A stretch of 64,000 nt of DNA from Eledone cirrhosa (lineage: Eukaryota). The DNA lies in assembly GCA_964016885.1 (NCBI GenBank), contig OZ024746.1, positions 43,276,001 through 43,340,000 on the forward strand. Direction: 5' to 3'. Below, one piece after another: positions 39,203 through 51,776 of this stretch (within the stretch, counting starts at the first letter, position 1; every line of letters starts with the position of its first letter). The position numbers were made by a program, and so were the translations under genes. The notes under the pieces were generated by a model that saw only the letters and a program-made list of their open reading frames with translations, ran no database searches and was not told where the DNA came from.

Positions 39203-42200
39203 TGAGAGAGAAGAAAAAGTGAGGGAAAGTGAGAATAAGGCTGTAGAATATTGGAAATGTCTAAAAATAATATCTAACAGCCTCATATTCTTGGTGAGTT
39301 TTTTTATGTAACAGGTAATAATGATTTTTAAATGCTGGTTGAGCTGATTAATGTAAGCTGTGGTATCTAGTGTGTGAAATACAGCATCATCATGACCATT
39401 GTTAAAGTGTTCATTACCATTATCAGAGCCACTATCATAACCAACATTGCTATAATTCTCTTCTTCCTCCTCATTTCCATTGCCAGAGTCTCTCATCTCT
39501 TATCTTGACAAATATATGTAGAAGTTCTTAAATCTGGCAAAGTATTGGCTAGTTCTTTCATAAAAATAAGAAAAAATATTTACAAGCTCTCGTTATTTAA
39601 CTTATTGCTTTTTTTTTTCTAAGTTCTAATTTTACTGGAATCATCTTTTCTTATTATTAATAAAAGGAAAGCACCCACTAATTTACAAGTAACACCTAAT
39701 CAACTATATGTTTAGAAAAATAGACTTTTGCCCAATCCTTAACCTTCTTGCAGAGTTTTCATTGACATGTGACCATGACCAACATTGTGCACTTTACAGA
39801 ACACTTCAAAAGAGTCAATAAAAACAGATGAGACCCCTTTAACAACACAAAGGCAATAATGATATATATATATATGCATATATATATATCAGTTATACAC
39901 ATTCCCAACAGTGAAGACTTCAACATCGCTACAGATGCAACATTTACAATATCTTATGTAACTTCTCACGTGTAGCATTGTCAAAATTGCATCTAAAAGA
40001 CTAGGCATAATCTTCAATGAAAGAGAATACTTCAGCTTTAGTCAGTTTCTGATCCTCTACAATGTCCACAGACAATTACTTATATTTCTGGGTTTAATTT
40101 GTAGCTATACATGTAAATAATGCAGGCTACCTTTAAATAAAAAATGTTTTTGCATGTAATATGCATACATTTAATCTCACTGTTAAATTTTAAGCATTGA
40201 TCATGTCACAGATACTGCAGTATTGGGATTAGTGTGGTGGATGCATGCATTTCCCTCTCATAGTTTTCCAGAATTTGCCTCCAACCCCTCTTTTCCCCAA
40301 TTTGAGGAAGCTGTGACATGATCACTGTAAGACTAAATATATGTTTATTATATATAAACATAATGTATATGGATTTATATATGTCTTTATGCTGCAAAAA
40401 CTACCTCACAAATACACTGTTCCTAACAGCTAACTCTTCTGCGACATTATAATCATTTCTACATTCCTGAATGAGAAACATTCAATTAACATTGCAGTTC
40501 TGGTTTGTATTTGACATGAATAGTGATGGCTATACGTTCTCTTCCTAGGCAAAAACAAAGTGTACAGCTAACCAGTTGTGAAACATATTGAGACAATATT
40601 GTGTGGGGGTGGGGTTGTATGAATGAAAGGAATAAAAAAAAGTGTTTACATTTTTTCCATTTCAACAGTGAGACTTATAATTTAAAACAGTAATTATACA
40701 TTAAATATATCTGATACTATATATTATTTATTTTTTGTTGAATCACTAATCTGATGAGCAGATCGACATTATTAATGATTATTTTCATATAAGTTCTCTA
40801 CTGTCTGTTTGAGCCAATGTACACACACACACACACACATATATATATATCTGTGTGTGTGTGTGTGAATAGGTTGTTGATACAATAAGGAAGTGGTAGC
40901 AGAAGCTTGGATAGCTGTTAGGTATATAAGCAACACATGGCTTATCTTTTTGTATAAAAATGCAGACTGAATGAAACATACATGGGAAGAGTGATGCAGC
41001 ATGGTAGTAAGAAATGAGCATTGAATTTTAAAATGGATGAGCATAATCTATATGGTATATAATGTTAACTGTAGGAAAGGTGGAAAATAACATAGTTAAA
41101 TGAGGGGTTAGGCATTAAAGTGTCAGCAAATGTAAATAAGAGAGCTAACTCTGTTGATATGGACAGGTACCAATGGTTGATGCTTGCTGGTTGAAGAATG
41201 TGATATGTTGTTATTTCAGAATACTCATGAAAGTGAAAAACAAAAGAAAAAGTAAAAGAAACATGGTAGAAAGATTGCAGGTTGCTGGGTTTCATAGATG
41301 AAGATGACAAAAGATGAAACTGCTTTGTCTGATGTATATCAGCATTACAAATCATGTTGTTGTTATGATGATGGAAGAATCAAATCTTTTGAAAATAGCA
41401 CTAGGGTCAACAGTTTAAAATGTTCTTTAATGCTCAAGACAGGAACACTTTTGCAATCAAACTAATGGCTAATGTAGTAATCTAATTAACGTTTCTTATT
41501 GATTAACATAGTGTTAATTAACTAGCTAATAAAATATTTGTATTCAATTGTTGGCTATTATTATTATTATTATTATTATTATTGAAAGGGCAGGAGATTG
41601 GCAAAATATTAATCACTTCTATAAGTTATTATTTCTTTATCATGGTCACGAATTATAAGATTAAATGTTAATTATATTTTAATGTTTGATTGTAATAGTT
41701 TTATTTATGGTATAATGATAAAGCAAATTCAAATGTTGGACAAAATCCTGTACAATATTTACTTCCATACATATACATTCTGAGTTCAAATCTTACCAAG
41801 GTCAACTTTGCCTTTCAGCAAACAAGTTCAGAGGGTAATATAATCGACTATTTCCTCTACAAATTTTAAGGCCTTGTGTCTAAGTTAGAATAATAGTTAG
41901 AATAATTATTATTGATAAATAAAGAATGGTCGAGTGATACAGACATATTAAATGACTAAGGCACTACTTTACATTCTGAGTTCAAATTATACTACATGAA
42001 AGTGTGCCATTCATACTATTTTGATTAATAAAATATATACAAATCTAATATTAGATTTTAATTTTAATTTGAAATTTGTGACATATCAAAGTTAGAAATT
42101 GATGTTAATAGTGAGTATAAAATGCACTTTGGAAATATGTTGTAAATGAATTTAAAGAAATATGATTTGGTAAATCATAGGAGAAAATGTGAATGTTGGT

Positions 42201-42854
42201 TATGTCCATGATTTTTCTAAGTCTTGAAATCTAGTATTAATTCTACATCATGTAACAAGACTGCACTAATCATGCTTTTTAGCATGAAAAATGACAGATA
42301 AAGTATAATAAAAATATTGATTTCTCTGAAAGAGTTTAATGTCATGGTAACAGAAATATAATTCTAAAAATTAATTTTAATAATTACAATTTCAAATTTG
42401 CTTTATCATACACAACAAATGAAACTATTACAATCAAACATTGAAATATAATTGAAATTTAATAATTCATGACCTTAACAAGAAATGATAACTTACAGGA
42501 GTGGTTAATATTTTGGCATTAAAATGTCAACTATTATCTTTCTAAATTAAAATGTCAAATGCCTAGTTATATATGAATATATTTATTTTCTATTCTATAT
42601 TGGTTTTTATGACTGGGTGCTACTCTTATCACTAACACCTGCAAAGTAGGGATAAAATCTGCAATATATTAGGTCATTTAAGACAGGAAGTAATGTGTGC
42701 CTTACCTAAGAGTGTGTATTGTAGCACTGGACAAGGATACAACTCTATTTTGTGTCTGTACTAAATACTGTGCTTTCTATTATGCGGCCCATATAAAGCA
42801 AACATATGTTAAAGAGAATGCATCTATATTTGAAGCATTATTATCAATTGGATG

Positions 42855-43018
42855 GGTCGGATGCGATGCTTTGCAGCATAGAGTTACGCTCTTTTACGGT
42901 CTGAGTTCAAATCCCACCAAGGTTAACTTTGCCTTTCATCCCTATGGGGTCGATAAAGTAAAGTACCAGTAATGCACTGGGATAATTGCTGGCCTTGTGC
43001 CAAAAGTAGAAACAATTA
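42855..43018 (+). mobile_element. 5'-truncated SINE family B with TSD
   Basis: Flanked by ATTAT(C/G)AATTGGATGG direct repeats. Confidence 0.85.
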
Positions 43019-45519
43019 TTATGAATTGGATGGATAATGACTGCTAGATCCAAATTGTATATCCTTTGATGCATTGATTTGTACTTCTAAATAAAATATT
43101 TAACTCTACTTGCCTAAAACTTCATACCTAATTAGGAAATCCTTAGTTACTTCAGAAATCAACAACATTTACTATTCTCTTTGGAAAGCAATAAACTTGT
43201 GCTTAATCTTTTTTATACCAGACCACATCAAATTTCCCCTCGTTCTAAAATACTAAACTGTCTTGCGGTGTTTAAAGCTATCTAAAATCATTTTATTATA
43301 TTTCTTAATATATATTATATTTTACTATATTTCTTGGCCATGTGCCTATAGTAGAAATCATTATATTTCTTGATAATGAGAATCATATCTATATTACTAC
43401 ATATGTAGTTTCAAACCCCTGCTTTAAAGGGTAAACACAAATTTTAAGAATCCTACAGTCTATATCACTCCATATTTTACAATATAAAATTAGTAACATT
43501 CAAACATTTATAGTATTATCAAATGAAGAACATTTAGACTTTGTATAATGTCATTATGGCATTTCAAATGAGAAAATGTGAAATTATTGAATAATTTATT
43601 AATAACTCGGTATTTAATAGAGAATTCAGAAATCTCTCAAAGATCTCCAAATTCATTAAAAGTATGGAGAATCTTTTCATAACATACTTCATTAAACTCG
43701 TTTAATCACCAAATCTCAACATTTTCTATTGTTCTTTATTAATTAAGTTTAGGTGGTTTAAAATTAAAAAGAAACTCAAAATGAAAACTTAATTCAGAAA
43801 GCAAAAACCAGAATATTTCACTGCTAAAACTAACTGAATTTCTGATACTATGGCTTATCCTATCGTCAATCTGATGCTTCTGTTCTACATTGAATAGAAT
43901 TACTATTTTAATCTCATTTTTGTAAATCTACTTCCCAAGTAATCTGATTTTACTGAAACAAATGTTTCTTTCCTTGGATTCAACTAACTGAATGCAAAAT
44001 TTAAACAGATTATACATTGGACTAAAAATAATTATTAGGACCTAACCTACTGTCGAATATAAACTTTAAGTGAAACCTACCACTGTAGTGGCACATTTCC
44101 TTATGAAATAATTTGAAAAGCATACCATTGTAAAAAAAAAAAAAATCACTTGCTACAAACACAGTTTCTGATACTCAAATCCAATAAAATGTGTCTGATA
44201 TTTTTCTGTTTTTGAAAGTAAAGTTATATTTTGATAGAATTTCTCTATCAAAGGAATGCAAAATATATTCAATATTTCTTGCAAGAAAAAAAAAAAAAAA
44301 AAAAATGTAGATCATCAAGAGTTAGAATTTTGGTTATAAAATTATATTATTTGAAAGAAAATTCTCTATTTAAAAATGGCAATATTTCAAATGACTACAT
44401 TGAAAATGAAAGAAAAAGGAAACATTAAAAACAATGAATTTTACATTTTGAAACAGATCAATAAAAAACATAACATCTCTTACAAGCCAATGAATTACCC
44501 ATTATCACATCTACTTTTATTGAGGTTGTTAATACACATATATAAAATATAATTTAAAAAATTGAATTATGTTTGGGGCTTCAAATTGAGATAGCAATTT
44601 AAATGAAAGAGCTCACTTCAAGAGATATAAATACCAGTGTGACCCAAACCGGAATTTTAATGGTGATGACGTATTCAACACAATACAACCATGAAAATTA
44701 CTTCTATTGATGTAGGAAAAATACATGCTAATTAATCTGTATGTGATTCTACAACTATGTGTACCAAACGTCATAGTAAAGCATCAAGTAGGTTGATTAG
44801 AAACCTTACAATTCCAATGTAAATCAGACTATCACATAAAAATACTCGAAATGAAACATGGATTGGCGTAGTGTATAAAGAATTCTAACTCATTCTATGT
44901 GATTTGAGTAAAGAAATTGGATATGAAAATACAAGGACTATATCAATGTTTAACAATTTAAATTTACAGAAAAACCTATTTACCGTATATACTCAAATAT
45001 AAGCTGATTCAAATATACTCTGACCCTCTACTTTATGTTTGAGAAATGGGCAAAAGTCTAAACCCTGTTTCTGAGACAAGTCAGCTTATCAACATATGAT
45101 GTGAGTGACAAAAAAGAGACCATGAGTTAGAGAAGGGAGAGAGAGAAAGCAAGCAAAATAAATCTATCCAGATGATATCTAAATTCCAATGAAACACTGT
45201 TAGTAAAAAATTATGAAATCATTAAACTAGAAGAACATTCATACATATAAATGAAATAAAACATCAAAATCAGAAAGAGAAATATTCAGATTTTCATTTC
45301 TAGAATTTCTAAATGTCTAAGAAATATCTACAAAGACTGAACATCTTAAAAAATAACCAGTAAAAACATTTCATGATTCTCAGAATGGCACCTTTATTAA
45401 AATATGAAATATCAATGCTATTAAGTTAGACATGGCCTGGGCCAATACTGGTCAAAAGTTATCAAAGTTGCCATGGTAGTGCCACTTTTCTGGAATAATA
45501 TAATATCACAAGGACCATC

Positions 45520-45810
45520 ACAATGATTAGATGTTGGATAACATCCATGAGCTTGGCTGGTCATGCTTGGGGATCCAACTGGATCAGTTGGAGATAGTTG
45601 CTTTTGACAGGACCCACAGAAATGAGTGTTTGTGGACTCTGCCCCCACAACCCGTTCAGGAATAAGTGGGTGAAGAGGAAAAATAAGAGGAAAAGAGCAA
45701 GAAGAAGAAAAATAAGAAAAAGAAAAAGAGAAAAAGAAAATAGAAAAAAAGAAAAAAAGAAAAAAGAAAAGAAAAAGAAAAAAGAAAAAAAAAAGAAAAA
45801 GAAGAAGACT
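45520..45810 (+). mobile_element. Expander-like RTE 3' end with an expanded A/G-rich tail
   Basis: Reverse complement of 9780-9930; followed by about 130 bp of GAAAAA-type repeats. Confidence 0.75.
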
Positions 45811-45974
45811 AGTACACTACCACTTCTGCTAATGTAAATGTAGAAAAATATAGAAATATTGACTGGGGTTTGAAATTTCAGAATTATATTTGTTAAGCAA
45901 AGTCTTGATTTGAGACTATATGTTGAAACTGAGGAATTACATCATGTAAGAGTCTTTTTAACCATTATATATAC

Positions 45975-46150
45975 TGAACATATACTGTAAATGTGGTTGG
46001 TGTTAGGAAGGGCATCCAGCCATAGAAAACCTGCCAGACAGTCCTATATGAGCAAGACATGGTCACCCGACCAATCTTGCCTCAAGTAGGACAATTCCTG
46101 TCTAAACCCATGCTAGCGTGGAAGATAGACATTAAACAATGATGATGATA
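45975..46150 (+). mobile_element. RTE-type 3' tail
   Basis: GGTTGGTGTTAGGAAGGGCATCCAGCC...CCCATGCTAGCGTGG...(GAT)n. Confidence 0.8.
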
Positions 46151-46973
46151 CTGAGTGAATGCCAGGATCTTTGCTCTCCTGAAAACATGGACCTCCCACT
46201 ACTGTGAGCTGGTTACAAAGTCTGGCAGACATCACATAAATGGAGCTGTTTCATATGCAAGAAGACAGCATTAAAAAAAACACACACACACACACAAAAA
46301 CGTTTATATTAACATTTCAATTATTTCATCACATTCTTACCAAATATGGTGACTGATACAATTCCACTGTAAGATGCAGAAATATAAACCTTGAATATCA
46401 ATTTATCATATCCTATGTTAATTATATCCTCATATCTGAGTCTGTATTCCTATAAATGTCTGTATATTAAAACAAAGGAAAACTAAAATTTCTCTAAAAT
46501 TCTTCATATTTTTTTCCATTTCAGATTTGATAAATTGTAACTTGTAACCAAATACTAAGAATGATGGAGCAAAGGGGAATAATAAAGAATGGAAATACTG
46601 ACAAAACTTTGAACTAATATTATTAGATATAAAATTGCAACACACAAATCAAAAGAACATTAATTTATTCAGTTGTGCAATATTTTTTCAAATTTGGAAA
46701 ATGAAATTAATGATTGCTTAATCTTTATATTATGGTGAGTAATTAACTATGTTTGTTTAATATTTATACTGAGGATTTCGAAGTGAAATAAGAAAACAAT
46801 CACAATGACTAACTATTCAATTAATATTCTTAATTTAATGCAATACATGCCAAATTATTAGATATTTTATCAGAAATAGCCCCTAAAAAAAAACATTCAT
46901 ACATTTACATTTACTTACCTATTGAATAAAAGAAACAAGCATATATCTAAGCAGGGTTAAATTAAAATGAGTG

Positions 46974-47153
46974 TACAGTGAAATTCCATTATAATGAAAT
47001 TCATGCGGTATAAAAAAAAATTTGTTGTATCGAAAAATTATTTATAACAAGATCGACTGAAACAAATCGAGTGAAATCGGGGAATTGAAAAACATTTTGT
47101 TATATTGAAAGATTTGTTATAATGGTATTTGTTATAACGGAATTTTACCTGTA
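46974..47153. mobile_element. Tigger/pogo-like MITE
   Basis: TA-CAGTGAAATTCCATTATAA ... TTATAACGGAATTTTACCTG-TA imperfect TIRs with TA flanks; subterminal TTGTTATA repeats. Confidence 0.7.
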
Positions 47154-47559
47154 ATTATTATAATTGTTATAGAAAATATAAATTGTCTATTGAAATGCAA
47201 AGCAAAATTGTATGTAGAAATATCTTTCTACTAGTGTGATGTGCAAAACTTTAAGAAGCAATTGATAAACATATCAGCTAAGGAGACTGTAAAAAGTAAA
47301 AAAATTTAAATGTCTATAGACTTTAAATTCTTTAAAATGTTATATAGTCTTGATTATTATTGCAGAATATGAAATATTCCTAGAATAGGCATGTATCAGT
47401 GATGTTCAATTTATGGAAAGACACAGGCAGTCATTGATTAAGTCATGATAGAGATATTGATTTCTTACCTAATCCCAGTTTAAATTGATCCGTGTAATTT
47501 ATTCATCTTAGGTGGACAAAAATAAAAAGGGATTTTAGCCATTCAAGCAAGCAGCAAAC

Positions 47560-48388
47560 AGCCACAGGAAACAAGCACAACCAAATCCTGGGAGGGCTCC
47601 GTAGAAACAGTAGACAGCTTCTGCTACCTACGTGACCGAATTAGCAGCGGAGGTGGGAGTTCGGAAAGTACAATAACTAGGGCAAGAAAGGGATGGAAGA
47701 AGTTCAGAGAGCTACTGCCACTGCTAGCTTCAAAAGGCTTTTCCCTCAAAATGAAAGGCAGACTGTATGATGCGTGTATATGAACAGCAATGTTACCTGG
47801 TAGTGAGACTTGGGCACTGTCTGTTTAGATTAGAAAAAAACGAAGCCTGCATGCTCCGATGGTTGTGTAATAGTAATATACGCGAATGGCAAAAATAAAC
47901 GAATTGAGAGAGAGACTGAGCATAAGAGGAATCAACTGCTGTGTGAAGGAGAGAAGGTTGCATTGGTATGGACATGTGATGCGTATGAAGGAGTACAGCT
48001 GCATAAAAAGGTGCAGAGCACTAGAACTCGATGGAAGCCGCAGAGTGGGGAGACCCAAGAAGACCTGGGATGAGGTGATAAAAGCCGACCTTACCCAATT
48101 GCACCTCTCAAAGGTGATGACACACGACCGTGACCTCTGGCGTGATGCAGTAATACAGAAGACCCGATCCCCCACGGGTACAAACCGAAGCATATAGACA
48201 ATATGCCCCCACATCCTCCCACTGCAAGGTGGTCATGGAGGTGCCATGGCAAAAAAACCCACAGCCCACACTGTAAAGTGGACGTGTAGGCGGCATGGAA
48301 AGAAAGCACCCAGCACTCACTGTAAATGAGGTTGGTGTTAGGAAGGGCATCCAGCTGTAGAAATCAAGCCAGAATCAGTTCCTGTATG
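47560..48388 (+). mobile_element. 5'-truncated RTE (BovB-like) LINE
   Basis: ERRLHWYGHVMRM...GRPKKTWDEVIKADL...DRDLWR; same family as 17064-18074; 3' tail cut off where a SINE B copy begins. Confidence 0.9.
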
Positions 48389-48535
48389 GGCGCCATGCTT
48401 TCCAGCATAGTTACAGTCTGAGTTCAAATCCCACCGAGGTTTTCTTTGCCTTTCATCCTTACAGGGTCAATAAAATAAAGTACCAGTAATGCACTGGGTA
48501 ATTGCTGGCCTTGTGCCTAAAGTAGAAACAATTAT
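48389..48535 (+). mobile_element. Truncated SINE family B
   Basis: CGCCATGCTTTCCAGCATAG...TTTGCCTTTCATCCTTACAGGGTC...GTAGAAACAATTA. Confidence 0.85.
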
Positions 48536-49619
48536 CTTTAATACCCAGAGATACACTCCACCCAAATCATCAACCCATGAAAAGATGAATAAAGGATATC
48601 CTTCCACAACCTTGGTCAACAGTAGAAGGCAATGTTGCTGCAACTGCTGATAAATGTAGGACTCTGATGATGGAATAGTATATATGCTGCATTTATCATC
48701 ATTTCTGATGCAAGTTCAAGACGTAGTTAGTCTATGGTAATTATGTAAGTATCAAAGAGCACATAATCAGTTACCTTGCTTAATATATGATTTAACATTT
48801 TAAGACATATTTGTAAGTTTGCAATAGATGTGAATTAACTGAGGGAAAGTTATTTGGTGTAATAACACAAAACGTTTGGCAATGATCCTCTTGTCTCTTC
48901 TAAAAACTCATATAACCTGTCATGTATAATGCTATAATAGCTTATAAACAATCTGTAAAGGACATTAAACATGTAAATATGCTTTCATTTCCGGAACTAA
49001 TTGATTACTTTGCCGTTTCCAGTCTTACATAATTTATGATGAGTGGCTGCTTTTTTAACAAATGTAAATGTCTTCCACAGTTTGTTTAATAATAGCTCTA
49101 AACTACCTTCATATAACAATGTGGTAGGATATATGAATGCTTAGGACAGCTAATAAATTTAAACCAGGCAGATTCACATAAATTGCTGGAAAACTCTGGA
49201 ACATATTTCAATGTTACACTAATGAAGCATATGTCTAACATCCTGTACTTATTTCTACACTTGCAATAGATAAGTGGTAAAATTTTTGATTATCTTTAGT
49301 TTGTATCACATAGATGAATAGCTTATATCCAGATTACCTAATTGCAAATTAAAATATTTCAAATTATCCTTAAGATGTACTTTAGTACAGCTACCCAAAT
49401 AAAGCACTAATCAACACAAGTGGTTTCCATGTTCTTAAGGTTTGGATTTGTTCCTAAAAGCAGAGTAATCTCATTAACATTTTAATGATTACAATGAAAA
49501 GATAATGAAATATGCAAAAGTGACTCATTATGAACTTGTTAGATAGAAAAGGAATAAAATTACATTCACATATGTTTGGTAAATAAGATAATAATCATTC
49601 ATAATGAAAAGTTTCATAC

Positions 49620-49730
49620 CTTGACTTAGAAGTACCAATTATGCTTCCAATTTTTAATTTAGAAGAAGATAAACACTTACCTACAAAAGAAAAGAAAAAA
49701 TAATTTTATAAAAACAATGTAATAGATCAG
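49620..49730 (-). other. Candidate recursive splice site with a 61-nt exon-like segment
   Basis: Minus strand: CTGAT...TTTTTTCTTTTCTTTTGTAG|GTAAGT (junction 49681/49680), no other AG for about 50 nt upstream; downstream CAAG|GTATGA at 49620/49619. Confidence 0.4.
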
Positions 49731-50327
49731 TGATAAAAAGATGTATTTAAATTTTTAACTCGTTCAAGAAAACAATTTTTCTTCATGTAAATTTTTTCAA
49801 CTTTACATTCTTTATTTTTATCATTAGTTCAAAAGGTTCCCGTTATTATTCTTGTATGAACATTACGTGCAAGCAATCTTAATTTTATTATAACTAGTTT
49901 AACTGATGTAACATATATTTTATTCTGTTACTGGTTTCAGTCATTAGACTTCAGTCATGCAGAAGCAGTTTATTTGTTTATATTACATTATTTTTATATA
50001 AAAAACAACATTCTCACTCTAAAACAGAACGTTAGAACCAAAGACACACACATATATCTGTGTGTGTGTCTATAGCTATATAGTAGTAGTAGTAATAGTT
50101 TGGTAAAGATATCCAAGGTATAGAGCAATTCAAGTTCATAGTACAAGTTTTAATAAAACTATTAAGGCAAATTACTACAACACCACCAAAATGTACGTCC
50201 CTGGTATAGCACCATTGTAGAACTGGCCTTAATAATTATTATTATTATATATATATACATACATACGCACACATATATACACACATATACACACACGCAC
50301 GCATACACACACACATATATATATATA

Positions 50328-50707
50328 TCATCATTATTTTACGTCCGCTTTTCCCTGCTTGCAAGGGTGGGACGGGAACTGATTCTGACTTGATTTCTAC
50401 AGCTGGATGCCATTCCTAACACCAACCTCATTTACAGTGAGTGCTTGGTGTTTCTTTGCTGTGGCGCCTACATGTCCACTTTACAGTGTGGGTTGGGTGC
50501 TTTTTTGCCATGGCACCTCCACGACCACTTTGCAGTGGACTGATAGGGACCCCAGTCCTATCATCTCATTTCTATAGCTGAGTAAACTAGAGTAATGTGA
50601 AATTAAGTGTCTTGCTCGAGGACACAACACATCCCCCGGTCTGAGAATTGAACTCACAACCTTTCGATTGCAAGGCCAATGCTTTAACCACTAAGCCATG
50701 TGCTTCC
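50328..50707 (-). mobile_element. Full-length tRNA-derived CORE-SINE with RTE-type tail
   Basis: Minus strand: A box TGGCTTAGTGGTTAA, B box GAGTTCAATTC, CORE-like GTGTCCTCGAGCAAGACACTT...CTCAGCTATAGAAATG, RTE-type tail. Confidence 0.88.
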
Positions 50708-51089
50708 ATATACACACACATATATATATATATACACACACACATACATATATATATACATATATATATACACATACTTATATTCATATATATATATGCA
50801 CACATATATATATATATTCACATACATAATAGTAGAACACTGGTGGGTTATATCCGTAGTAGTAGAGCACTTAGGCAATGAGACGAGTTTTGTAGAAGTA
50901 GTTCCACAACAGTTAGTTCACCATTAGCAAGAACAATTGTTTCACCTATTATAATAGTACGCTGGGAGCGTCAGGATTTATTAATAAGATCTTTTACATC
51001 CATGATATTAAATCTCTTAATATCCCATATAATAGTAATAACGTAATCACACAATGCAGTAACATTACTAACGAAAGGAATAATAAAAC

Positions 51090-51660
51090 TAGATTAGGTA
51101 AGATGAATAGCAGCAAGAAATATCATCATAGTAATAAAATAGCTAGGTCTGGCTATAATAACCAACCATACTCCACAAATAAAATTGGAGCAACTAACCT
51201 AGATATATTCCCTGCTTATAGACGCAATAATGGAGATGTGTTGCTACCTACACCTAACAATAAGCATAGAATCAAGCCTGCGAACTTCTTCAATGGCATA
51301 AGAACACACAAGGCAAATAGGGACAGAGCATGCAAAAGGCCCGGTCTTGGTACCAGCAGGAATAACACACATTATGGCATAAATGACCATGCCAATCTCA
51401 GAGCACCACATAGAAGACGCTGCCATAATATTTCATGGTAACTTCCTCTGTACTTCAAGAGTGTTACCTCTAATATCCCTAAAATCTTCTTCAGCATCTT
51501 AGAGAAAAACTTTCAACCCAACCATAAGTACCATAGAATCCTTAACAAAAATAATATTATAATCTCTTACTCCACAACCCCAAACTTAGCGGACCATATA
51601 GCATTCAGCAACCACAGTAAGCTCTCTAAAATTAAACTCACTTGTTATATAAACAATAGA
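51090..51660 (+). mobile_element. Penelope-like element fragment (RT-to-GIY-YIG linker region)
   Basis: Reading through one stop gives RRRCHNISW*LPLYFKSVTSNIPKIFFSILEKNFQPNHKYHRILNKNNIIISYSTTPNL, matching the PLE motif RNIIWFNPPYS..V.TNIG..F..L..KHF...H..HKIFN.N..K.SYS.MPN. Confidence 0.75.
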
Positions 51661-51776
51661 ATGCCTTGACCCATCTAAAATTATTTGGATTAAGGTATGA
51701 ACTCCGACGTATACTTGCCTATGAGTATTCCTCTGAAGGAATAATTATTCCAGTAATGGTAAATTTCCTTTGCATA

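Noticed and set aside
40746-40775. CTGATGA-GCAGATC-GACA hammerhead-like string
   Set aside because: GACA instead of GAAA, 1-bp stem II, no stem III
45598-45837. Lys/Arg-rich ORF
   Set aside because: Translation of an A/G-rich LINE tail
47469-47506. Minus-strand 38-nt exon candidate ending TAG|GTAAGA
   Set aside because: Stops in all three frames; weak AAG acceptor
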